Source: a bacterium
GTDB taxonomy: Bacteria; Zhuqueibacterota; Zhuqueibacteria; Residuimicrobiales; Oceaniaggregativiventaceae
DNA: 64,000 nt
Assembly: GCA_029565675.1 (NCBI GenBank)
Contig: JAKQNP010000003.1
Coordinates: 1,294-65,293 of the forward strand
Direction: 5' to 3'
The translations under genes and the position numbers were made by a program. The notes beneath the pieces were generated by a model. It was given only the letters and a program-made list of their open reading frames with translations. It had not been told where the DNA came from and did no database searches. Of this stretch, positions 55,815 to 64,000 are shown in pieces. The stretch's first letter is position 1; each line of letters opens with the position of its first letter.

Positions 55815-57145
55815 TCACCATCCGCCGGAAATTCAAACGCATCTTTCACGCCCTCACGTTTCGCAACTATCGCCTCTTCTTCAGCGGTCAGGCGGTCTCG
55901 ATTCTCGGCACGTGGATGCAGCGCCTGGCGATGAGCTGGTTGGTTTATCGCCTCAGCGACTCGGCCTTTCTCCTCGGTTTGGTCGAATTCACCGGACAAT
56001 TCCCGGCCTTGTTGTTGACCCCGATAGCCGGTGTTTTACTCGATCGCTGGAATGCCCGCTCAGTTCTCTTGTACAGCCAATCAGCCGCGCTGGTGCAAGC
56101 CTCGATTCTTGCTGTGCTCACCCTTTCCGGAAAAATTGAAATCCATTGGATTATTCTCCTCAGCATTGCCTGGGGTGTGATTGTGGCGTTTGATTCGCCA
56201 GCCCGGCAAACTTTTGTCATCGATTTGGTGCCGAGCCGAGAGAAACTGGGCAATGCCATTGCGCTGAACTCAACCCTGTTCAACAGCGCCCGCATGATCG
56301 GACCCTCGCTGGCCGGAATTCTGATCGCTCTGGTCGGTGAAGGATGGTGTTTCTTGATCAATGCGCTCTCTTATTTGGCCATCCTCGTCGCCCTGGGAAT
56401 GTTGCGCCTCCCTGCACGTCCCAAACCGACCTCTACTACCGGGGTCTGGCAAGGCTTTCTCGAGGGCATGCAATATGCCTCTGCCAACCAGGCAATCCGC
56501 TGGATCCTCTGCACGCTCAGCATTACCGGATTTGCGGGTCTCTCGTACACAGTGCTGTTGCCGATTTTTGCCCGCGACATCCTGCACGGAGGACCGGAAA
56601 CCCTCGGGTTTCTCATGGGTGGGGCAGGCGTGGGCGCGTTGTTCGCTGCTCTTTCTCTGGCATCAAAAGAGTCGGTTATCGGGCTGAATCGAACGATGGC
56701 ACGCGCGGCTCTGATCGGCAGCACGGCGCTCCTTTCTATGGTTGTGATTCGTAATTTTTGGTTGACACTTTTGGTAATGCCGTTCGTCGGCTATGGCCTG
56801 ATCGCCCAATTTATCTCCGGCAACACGCTGTTGCAGGTTTTGGCCGACAACGACAAACGCGGCCGCGTCATCAGCCTTTACAGTTTGACTTTCAACGGCG
56901 TGACCCCGATCGGCAGCTTGTTGGCCGGGACTCTCGCCCACTGGATCGGAGCTCCCCTGGCCTTGATGATAGGCGGCACGATCTGTCTCATCGCTGCAGG
57001 TGCTTTTAAAGCCAAACAGGCCAATCTTGAACGGTTGATCCGTCCTGTCTGCGAAAGCATAGAGACAGAAAGCCAACACGCCGTCATTCCTGCCGACCAA
57101 GGGTGCAAAACCAGAACACCCGACAGCATATCCTCGCAACAATGA
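55811..57145 (+). CDS. MFS transporter, EntS/MFS_3-like exporter
   Basis: The TTG start overlaps the upstream TGA as TTGA. N-terminus FRNYRLFFSGQAVSILGTWMQRLAMSWLV is typical of this subfamily. About 12 transmembrane helices. Confidence 0.85.
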   Translation: MITIRRKFKRIFHALTFRNYRLFFSGQAVSILGTWMQRLAMSWLVYRLSDSAFLLGLVEFTGQFPALLLTPIAGVLLDRWNARSVLLYSQSAALVQASILAVLTLSGKIEIHWIILLSIAWGVIVAFDSPARQTFVIDLVPSREKLGNAIALNSTLFNSARMIGPSLAGILIALVGEGWCFLINALSYLAILVALGMLRLPARPKPTSTTGVWQGFLEGMQYASANQAIRWILCTLSITGFAGLSYTVLLPIFARDILHGGPETLGFLMGGAGVGALFAALSLASKESVIGLNRTMARAALIGSTALLSMVVIRNFWLTLLVMPFVGYGLIAQFISGNTLLQVLADNDKRGRVISLYSLTFNGVTPIGSLLAGTLAHWIGAPLALMIGGTICLIAAGAFKAKQANLERLIRPVCESIETESQHAVIPADQGCKTRTPDSISSQQ

Positions 57146-57435
57146 CGTCTGAAATGCCATGAACCAATCATCCATCACCCGCTTGCCGTGCATTCAAGCG
57201 CTTCCCATAGCGCTCTTGGCTTGGGCGGTTTTTGCCCACCGGCCAGAAATAGGCGCACCGCCAAACCTGAATTCCCATTCTATTTCCCCCTTAATGACAA
57301 CTGCATAGACGATTCTGGACTTGTATCTTTTGAATATTTTTTGCATATTAAAGAATGGCCGGACCGAATGCGGATTGGCGCGGAACCACAATGGATCAAT
57401 TTTCCACCCAGGGGATGAATGCAGGACGGAACAGA

Positions 57436-60400
57436 ATGAAATTGACTCATGATCAAATCATTCACTTCGCTGGACCTGCAGTTTTCGAAACAGGTCAGCG
57501 GCTCTATAAACAGAACTGCGTCAAGCTTACCCATGTTGAACTCGATCATTTCGATGCTGTGGTTCAGGACTTCCAGGTCAGAATTCGCCAAACGCCTGCG
57601 GGATTGTTCGCTCTGTGCACATGCCCCAGTTGGGGTAACTGTGAACACAGCGTCGCTGCACTGCTGGCCGCAGAGGACTATTATGAAAAAAACCGCGAAA
57701 ATCTGGTACAAAGGCGGATTCATCCATCGTGGCATACTTTTTTCACCGATCTGATCGAAAAAAACAGACAAAATCGACCCAACCCGACGCAACCTGCGCA
57801 CTGGAAAATTATCTATACGATAAAACTCGAATTGGATGGTTGGTCGATTTTGCCACAAAAAGCCTATATCAAGCGCAACGGCGAATTCGGACGTGTTGCC
57901 CCCATTGGTCAATTCGACACTGACAACAGCGATGTAGACTATCAAGAGAATGATCTCTTTGTAATCTCCTATCTGACCCGCCTCAACCTCAAAGAGCAAT
58001 TCTCCAAATGGCAAACGCCGTCCTATTACTATGATTATCGACCAGCCTACTATCCTTATGGCATCGCGATCGGCCATCTCTTTTCCCGTCTGTTGAACAG
58101 CCCTCTCTACATGGATGATGAAGGCTTGGTCGGTGAAGCCATCACCATCGCGCAAGAACCTGCGCGCATCGAATTCAACTACACGACTGTGGACGATTTT
58201 CTCGAAATCGTACCAGAGATCACCTATGGAACCGAACGCTGTCGTTTGGGACCGGAACTGTCGATTCTGACCGAAAATCCCATCTGGATTCTCGAGAAAA
58301 ATCGGCTTTTCCATATAGAAAACCTCAACAATGCAGATGCTCTGATGCCTTTTGCCCAGGAACGGCTCAAAATCCGCATTCCGCGAACCGAATTTACCGA
58401 TTTTGTCACTCAGGCGTTTCCCTCTCTAGCCGAGTTTTTGCCCCTGAGTCTACCGGACATCTATCGCGTTGTCACGATCGACCATCTTAACGATAAAAAA
58501 TTGATTTTCAGCGATAACGAGACACATCTGGCCGTGAAACTGCAGTTGGGATATGATGGCCAATGGGTCGATTATAACGACCCACAATCTCAAAAGATTG
58601 TGCCAGGAGAAGATGAGAAATCCCTGATTCGCGTGATTCGCCAAAAGCAGCAAGAAGACGAAATCGCCAATCAGTTGATGGCTACTGGGTTGAAAAGAGA
58701 GACCGATGCATTTCATCTCCCGCTCAATCGGGCGATGAATTGGATGTCAACCAATCTGCCGGAAATGGTTGCCCGCAATTTTGCGGTGGAAGGGCTCGAC
58801 CATTTGCGCAAATTTCATATTCGCACAGCCGATCCCCATGTCAAGATGCAGGTCAGCACTGAAATCGATTGGTTTGATTTAAATCTGGAGATTTCAATCG
58901 AGGGGATCCCGCTATCGCTGCTCGCCTTGCGGCGGGCGTTTCGGCAAAACCAGCCCTATCTCAAGTTGCACGACGGCAGTCTGGCAATTCTGCCGGTCAG
59001 TTGGATGAAACGCTATGCGCATTTGTTCAATTTTGCCCAAGTTGAACAAGATCGCATCCGACTGCAACAACACCATCTCACTCTGATCGATATTCTATTC
59101 GACGAGGCGGACATTTCCACGGCCGACCACGCCTTTGAGATTCGCCGTGATATTTTGCGAAATTTTTCCCGGATCGAACCTCACCCGCTGCCGCCGTCAA
59201 TGGAAGAGGTCTTGCGCCCATATCAGAAATCGGGATATGATTGGTTGAATTTTCTGAAAACTTTTCAATTCGGCGGTTGTCTGGCGGATGACATGGGCCT
59301 TGGCAAAACCGTGCAAACATTGGCGCTGCTGCTCAACGAAAAAAACAGCAGCAAAAAGAGGCTCACCAGCCTGATCATCTGCCCCACGTCGGTGGTTTTC
59401 AACTGGCAACAAGAGGTGAACAAATTCGCCCCGTCATTGGAAGTGCTGGCTCATGTCGGACTCGATCGCGCCGCCGACACCGATAGTTTTCAGCAGTATG
59501 ATATCATCCTGAGCACCTATGGGATCATGCGCCGCGACATCGCATCGCTGCGCAATTTTTCTTTTCACTTTATCATTCTGGATGAATCACAAAAGATCAA
59601 AAATGCCAATTCACAAACCGCCAAAGCGGCCCGGCTGCTGAACGGTCGCTATCGCCTGGCTCTTACAGGCACGCCAATCGAAAACAACACGCAGGAGCTA
59701 TGGTCACAATTCGCTTTTCTCAACCCAGGCCTTTTGGGCTCTTTAACCTATTTTAAAAGAAACTTTGTTCATCCCATCGAAAAAGAGGAGGATCAGGAGA
59801 CCGTCGGACTTTTGCAAAAAATGGTCTTTCCGTTTATCCTTCGGCGCAGCAAAGAAAATGTTGCCATGGATCTGCCGCCCAAAACAGAACAGACCGTTTT
59901 GTGCGCCATGAATCAGCGACAAACCCAAATGTACAACTTATGGCGGGATCACTATCGCGCCCTTTTGCTCAAAAAAATCGACGAACAGGGAATGGATAAA
60001 GCGCGCATCAACATTCTCGAGGGGCTGGTGCGTCTCCGACAAATCGCTTGCCATCCCTATCTGATCGATCCACAGATACATGAAGACTCGGGAAAATACG
60101 AACACTTGAAAGAGTTTGTGGAAGAGATCCTGGCGGAAAATCATAAAATTTTGATTTTTTCGCAATTTGTCAAAATGCTCAAACTGATCCGCAGCTATTT
60201 CGATAAAGAGGGCATCACCTACGAATATCTGGACGGGCATACGGTCAATCGAGAGCGGGTCATTCGGCGTTTTCAGGAAAACCGCTCAATCCAAACCTTT
60301 TTGATAAGCCTCAAGGCCGGCGGTACCGGACTCAACTTGACCGCAGCTGATTATGTCATTCTCTATGATCCCTGGTGGAATCCGGCGGTTGAAATGCAGG

Positions 60401-60594
60401 CGATGGATCGAGCCCATCGCATCGGTCAGGACAAAAATGTCTTCGTCTATCGACTGATCACCAAGGATTCAGTGGAAGAAAAAATGCTTCTCTTACAGGA
60501 AAAAAAGAAAAAGCTGGTTTCCAACCTGATTGTAACGGACAAGAGCTTTTTCAAATCGCTCAGCCGCAACGATATTGAAACACTTTTCAGCTAA
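57436..60594 (+). CDS. SWIM zinc-finger / SNF2-family helicase
   Basis: Track ORF 57355..60594. Start moved to the ATG at 57436. SWIM motif CTCPSWGNCEHSVAALL. SNF2 motifs LADDMGLGKT, ILDESQKIKN and LTGTPIENN. Helicase-C block GGTGLNLTAADYVILYDPWWNPAVEMQAMDRAHRIGQ. Confidence 0.9.
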   Translation: MKLTHDQIIHFAGPAVFETGQRLYKQNCVKLTHVELDHFDAVVQDFQVRIRQTPAGLFALCTCPSWGNCEHSVAALLAAEDYYEKNRENLVQRRIHPSWHTFFTDLIEKNRQNRPNPTQPAHWKIIYTIKLELDGWSILPQKAYIKRNGEFGRVAPIGQFDTDNSDVDYQENDLFVISYLTRLNLKEQFSKWQTPSYYYDYRPAYYPYGIAIGHLFSRLLNSPLYMDDEGLVGEAITIAQEPARIEFNYTTVDDFLEIVPEITYGTERCRLGPELSILTENPIWILEKNRLFHIENLNNADALMPFAQERLKIRIPRTEFTDFVTQAFPSLAEFLPLSLPDIYRVVTIDHLNDKKLIFSDNETHLAVKLQLGYDGQWVDYNDPQSQKIVPGEDEKSLIRVIRQKQQEDEIANQLMATGLKRETDAFHLPLNRAMNWMSTNLPEMVARNFAVEGLDHLRKFHIRTADPHVKMQVSTEIDWFDLNLEISIEGIPLSLLALRRAFRQNQPYLKLHDGSLAILPVSWMKRYAHLFNFAQVEQDRIRLQQHHLTLIDILFDEADISTADHAFEIRRDILRNFSRIEPHPLPPSMEEVLRPYQKSGYDWLNFLKTFQFGGCLADDMGLGKTVQTLALLLNEKNSSKKRLTSLIICPTSVVFNWQQEVNKFAPSLEVLAHVGLDRAADTDSFQQYDIILSTYGIMRRDIASLRNFSFHFIILDESQKIKNANSQTAKAARLLNGRYRLALTGTPIENNTQELWSQFAFLNPGLLGSLTYFKRNFVHPIEKEEDQETVGLLQKMVFPFILRRSKENVAMDLPPKTEQTVLCAMNQRQTQMYNLWRDHYRALLLKKIDEQGMDKARINILEGLVRLRQIACHPYLIDPQIHEDSGKYEHLKEFVEEILAENHKILIFSQFVKMLKLIRSYFDKEGITYEYLDGHTVNRERVIRRFQENRSIQTFLISLKAGGTGLNLTAADYVILYDPWWNPAVEMQAMDRAHRIGQDKNVFVYRLITKDSVEEKMLLLQEKKKKLVSNLIVTDKSFFKSLSRNDIETLFS

Positions 60595-60772
60595 GCTCTC
60601 GATCCCGCATTGATGTCAGCTGGTCACCGGACAGCAAGCGGCCTTCGAGATCGTTGGCGTTTTCTCACAAGATGGAAAATGGCAGCCGGGAAATCGCGCT
60701 GGACAAAATGTGGTTCCATCACCTGAAGAAATACAAATCAGCAAGCTTCTTGCTGCTGTCAGGGAGACTGCC

Positions 60773-62251
60773 ATGCGAAAGGAACTGACCATGTTATCCG
60801 ATTCCACCGTCCCCGCGGATATGCCGGCCGACGAGTTTCGCCGCGCCGGCCATGCCTTGATCGACTGGATTGCAGACTATTTGACCCATCTCGATCAGAT
60901 TCCGGTCTTGCCCGACGTGCAACCCGGAGAAATCCGCGATCGGCTGCCCAAATCAGCGCCGGCGACCGGCGAGCCGATCGACGAAATCTTGCGCGATATC
61001 GATCGCATCGTGATGCCGGGCATGACGCATTGGAATCACCCCAATTTTATGGCCTATTTTGCCATTTCCAGCAGCGGCCCGGCCATTCTCGGCGAACTCT
61101 TGAGCGCAGCCTTTAATGTAAACGGTATGCTCTGGAAGACCTGCCCGGCCTGTACGGAATTGGAGCAAACAGTGATGGATTGGTTGCGCCAGATGATCGG
61201 GCTGCCGGAATCGTTTTGGGGCATGATCACCGACAGCGCCTCCTCCAGTACCCTGCAAGCCATCGCAGCGGCACGCGAAATGGTCAAGGAACACCCGATT
61301 CGGCAAAAAGGCCTGTTCGGCGCTCCTCGTCTGCGCCTTTATACCTCTGAGCAAGCCCACTCATCAGTGGAAAAAGCCGCTATCGCCCTGGGGCTGGGGA
61401 TCGAAAGCGTACAGAAAATCGCAGTGGATCGCGACTATCGCCTCGATTGCCGACTGCTGGCGCAATCGATTGCGTCGGACCGAGAGACCGGCTGGCTGCC
61501 CTTTTGTACAGTGGCCACTGTCGGCACCACCTCAACCACTTCAATCGATCCCATACCCGAAATCGCTGATATCTGTGCAAGAGAAAAACTATGGTTGCAT
61601 GTCGATGCCGCCTATGGCGGATCACCGGCGATTTTGCCCGAATTCCGCCATGTGCTGAACGGTTGTGATCGGGCGGATTCCCTGCTCTTTAATCCGCATA
61701 AATGGCTGTTCGTGCCGATCGATTGTTCGGCGTTCTTTACCCGTCGGCCCGATATCCTCAAACAAGCCTTTTCTCTTGTGCCAGAATATCTTAAAACAGA
61801 TCAGGACCAGCAGGCGGAAAATCTGATGGATTATGGCGTTCAACTGGGACGCCGTTTTCGCGCTCTGAAATTGTGGTTTACGATCCGCTATTTCGGCCAG
61901 CAAGGACTGGGCGAACGGATCCGCTATGCGATCGATCTCGCCCAATCTCTGGCAAAAAAAATCGACCAACATCCGCATTTCGAACGCCTGGCCCCAACTC
62001 CCTATAGCACAATCTGTTTCCGCGCTCATCCGCCTGAAATACAAAACGAAAAGGAACTCGATCGCCTGAATCAACAACTGCTCGATACAGTCAACACCAC
62101 CCGTCAATTGTATCTGTCCCATACCAGGCTACATGGCCAGCTGACGCTGCGCATGGCCATCGGCAACCTGCACACCACCCGCGAACATGTCGATTGCGCC
62201 TGGAATCTGATTCAAGAATGCTGGAAATCCATTTATAAACAGGTGACCTGA
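60773..62251 (+). CDS. group II PLP-dependent decarboxylase, aromatic-L-amino-acid decarboxylase-like
   Basis: Track ORF 60710..62251. The ATG at 60773 has AGGGAG 6 nt upstream. HWNHPNFMAYFAISSSGPAILGELL and NPHKWLFVPIDCSAFF (PLP-lysine context) closely resemble DDC/TyrDC-type enzymes. Confidence 0.85.
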   Translation: MRKELTMLSDSTVPADMPADEFRRAGHALIDWIADYLTHLDQIPVLPDVQPGEIRDRLPKSAPATGEPIDEILRDIDRIVMPGMTHWNHPNFMAYFAISSSGPAILGELLSAAFNVNGMLWKTCPACTELEQTVMDWLRQMIGLPESFWGMITDSASSSTLQAIAAAREMVKEHPIRQKGLFGAPRLRLYTSEQAHSSVEKAAIALGLGIESVQKIAVDRDYRLDCRLLAQSIASDRETGWLPFCTVATVGTTSTTSIDPIPEIADICAREKLWLHVDAAYGGSPAILPEFRHVLNGCDRADSLLFNPHKWLFVPIDCSAFFTRRPDILKQAFSLVPEYLKTDQDQQAENLMDYGVQLGRRFRALKLWFTIRYFGQQGLGERIRYAIDLAQSLAKKIDQHPHFERLAPTPYSTICFRAHPPEIQNEKELDRLNQQLLDTVNTTRQLYLSHTRLHGQLTLRMAIGNLHTTREHVDCAWNLIQECWKSIYKQVT

Positions 62252-62253
62252 AC

Positions 62254-62814
62254 ATGTCAGAGCCCGTCACGTTTATAAACGGCGAAACTGTTGTTTTGCG
62301 GCCGGCCGAACCAGCCGATGCCGAATGGGTTTACTTCGGCAAGAACCACCCGCAAGTGCGCGATGCGCTGTTTCTCTATTTTCCTCTTACCCTGGATCAG
62401 ATCCGCAACGAACAGCAGAGCTGGAGCGAGAATCGAGAAACGATCCTGTTTACCATCTGCGTAAAAGAGACAAACTTGCCGGTCGGACAGACTGCACTGG
62501 TGCGTTGGGATGCAGTGAGCAGAGCCGCGGTTTTTTATCTGGCGATCTATAAGCCTGACCAGTGGTCTAAAGGCTATGGAGGCGAAACCGTAGAGCTGAT
62601 GTGCCGTTATGCTTTTGCAGAGCTGAACCTCAATCGGATTCAGCTGCATGTAAGCAGTGAAAACCCGGCGGCGATCCGCGCCTATCAAAAAGCCGGCTTT
62701 CGCGTCGAAGGGACTCTGCGCCAGGCCATGTATCACAATGGCCGTTATGTCGACTTTTTGGTCATGGGCTTGTTGCGTCAGGAATATCATTCCGCTGAGG
62801 AGACCGAACGATGA
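62254..62814 (+). CDS. GNAT-family N-acetyltransferase (RimJ/RimL-like)
   Basis: It starts 2 nt after the decarboxylase stop, with AGGTGA RBS. The acetyl-CoA-binding region QWSKGYGGETVELMCRYAF...NPAAIRAYQKAGF is present. Confidence 0.85.
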   Translation: MSEPVTFINGETVVLRPAEPADAEWVYFGKNHPQVRDALFLYFPLTLDQIRNEQQSWSENRETILFTICVKETNLPVGQTALVRWDAVSRAAVFYLAIYKPDQWSKGYGGETVELMCRYAFAELNLNRIQLHVSSENPAAIRAYQKAGFRVEGTLRQAMYHNGRYVDFLVMGLLRQEYHSAEETER

Positions 62815-63332
62815 ATCCGGTTCACCGCATCACTTTCTTGCTGATCGCTGTTGTCGCCGGGTGGGCGATGCTGAACGGTTGCGAGGAAAAATCTCACTCA
62901 ACTCCCTCACCGATGGACTTGTATCAATTTTCCAAACAAGGTGACTTGCGCTTTTTGAATGCCAGCGGCGATTCAATCGCCAGGATCGATATCGAGATCG
63001 CCGACAGCGAGAATAAAATCATCCTGGGATTGATGTTTCGCCGTTCCATGCGCGAAGATCAGGGAATGCTTTTTATCTTTGCCGAAGAAGATTACCGCGG
63101 ATTTTGGATGAAAAATACCTACTTTTCGCTCGACATGCTGTTCATCGACAGCCAGGGAATTATTCGCAACATCCATCGCAATACCCTGCCGCTCTCCGAA
63201 AACGTCTACCCTTCTGAAGTGCCGGTGCAATATGTCCTCGAAGTCGTGGCCGGCTATGCCAATCGCCATCTCATTCAGCCCGGCTTTCGCGTCGAGTGGG
63301 AAACTTATGTTGAGCAAAAACAATCAAACTGA
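62811..63332 (+). CDS. DUF192-domain lipoprotein
   Basis: ATGA overlap with the GNAT gene. Lipobox MLNGC. MLFIF...GFWMKNTYFSLDMLFID matches the DUF192 core. Confidence 0.8.
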   Translation: MNPVHRITFLLIAVVAGWAMLNGCEEKSHSTPSPMDLYQFSKQGDLRFLNASGDSIARIDIEIADSENKIILGLMFRRSMREDQGMLFIFAEEDYRGFWMKNTYFSLDMLFIDSQGIIRNIHRNTLPLSENVYPSEVPVQYVLEVVAGYANRHLIQPGFRVEWETYVEQKQSN

Positions 63333-63342
63333 GAGGATTTCG

Positions 63343-64000
63343 ATGCGCATCAAGACACTCCTTTTTTCCGCGCTGGTGCTGTTGAGTTGCAGCACTCCCC
63401 GCCTGGCAGAACATGCGTTCTTTGTTTCGCCTTTGGGCAACGATGAATGGTCCGGCCGCTCTGCCTCAACAAACGGCGATAAAACCGACGGCCCGTTTCT
63501 GACCCTGGAACGCGCGCGACAGGCAGTCCGGGACTTTATTGCTGCAGACGGCATTCCGGCAGGAGGCGTAACGGTCTATTTGCGCGGTGGAGAATACCGA
63601 CTCGAACGGTCGTTGCTTTTCGAGGAAGCGGACAGTGGAACGCCGGCTAGCCCGATCCTGTGGCGCAGCTTTCCAAAGGAAAGTGCGCGGATTACCGGTG
63701 CAAAACCGCTCGCCGGATTTGAGGCTGTTGCGGATTCGGCAATTTTGCAGCGCCTCTCCCCTTCGGCCAGACAATATGTGGTGCAAGCCGATCTGCGCCG
63801 GCAAGGCATAACTGAAACTGGACAACTGCTGCCGCTTGGCTTTGGTCGCGCAGAGCAGCCGATCGAATCGGAATTGATCATCGACGGGAAAGCGATGACT
63901 TTGGCGCGTTATCCCAACGAGGGGTGGCTGCAGATCGAATCGGTGCCGCAGACTGGAGCCAAGCTGCTGAATCCCGGCAACAAATATGAGTTGTTCAACA
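63343..64000 (+). CDS. secreted protein, probable right-handed beta-helix family; 3' part lies outside the window
   Basis: Absent from the track because there is no stop in the window. ATG at 63343 after GAGAGGA. Signal peptide MRIKTLLFSALVLLSCS. FFVSPLGNDEWSGR...GPFLTLERARQAV is a common N-terminal signature of parallel beta-helix glycanases. The frame is open to 64000. Confidence 0.6.
   Translation, partial: MRIKTLLFSALVLLSCSTPRLAEHAFFVSPLGNDEWSGRSASTNGDKTDGPFLTLERARQAVRDFIAADGIPAGGVTVYLRGGEYRLERSLLFEEADSGTPASPILWRSFPKESARITGAKPLAGFEAVADSAILQRLSPSARQYVVQADLRRQGITETGQLLPLGFGRAEQPIESELIIDGKAMTLARYPNEGWLQIESVPQTGAKLLNPGNKYELFN

Noticed and set aside
1-64000. tRNA, rRNA, tmRNA, RNase P, SRP RNA, transposases, integrases and prophage genes.
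   Set aside because: I scanned the intergenic regions for T-loop-like GGTTCGAATCC-type strings and for the conserved cores of these RNAs and found none. No ORF shows DDE, tyrosine- or serine-recombinase, or phage structural motifs. An Infernal/tRNAscan run would be needed for certainty.

Overview
This 64-kb window looks like bacterial chromosome with roughly mid-range GC by eye. I saw no rRNA, tRNA, CRISPR array, transposase, integrase or phage genes. All family calls come from reading motifs in the supplied translations, and no database search was possible. About 47 coding regions are supportable.

Gene blocks in order:
- 1-7.7 kb: secreted or outer-membrane proteins and two glycoside-hydrolase-like (GHL6-type and GxGYxYP) genes.
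- 8-10.6 kb: a sulfur-handling module, with an MBL-fold hydrolase fused to rhodanese domains plus two YeeE/YedE membrane proteins.
- 10.7-15.7 kb: class I fumarate hydratase, a CsgG-like lipoprotein and an NAD-malic enzyme.
- 16.6-22.9 kb: an FeS-type cryptochrome/photolyase, a MenA-like prenyltransferase, a tocopherol-cyclase-family protein, an SDR-DUF2867 protein and a PaaI thioesterase.
- 23.8-24.4 kb: a ParE/RelE toxin-antitoxin pair.
- 24.6-32.3 kb: a co-directional locus of glycyl-radical enzyme (GRE) activase, a 748-aa GRE, a URO-D-fold protein and a sugar-type ABC importer.
- 32.5-43.9 kb: C69 dipeptidase, an ArsR-DUF2087-GIY-YIG fusion, ClpP, NUDIX, a U32 protein, two MFS transporters, a ZIP transporter and a PP2C phosphatase.
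- 44-54 kb: a glycan-processing island.
- 55-64 kb: an unknown protein plus an MFS exporter, a SWIM-SNF2 helicase, and a decarboxylase-GNAT-DUF192 operon.

Three long intergenic gaps are filled with several families of short GC-rich hairpin repeats, including one nested insertion bounded by a 20-bp duplication.

The best candidate for an undescribed system is the GRE locus. Its Cys loop is non-canonical (GCHWC), and I do not recognise its gene neighbourhood from any characterised GRE pathway. Secondary candidates are the MenA-like/tocopherol-cyclase pair and the ArsR-DUF2087-GIY-YIG nuclease fusion.
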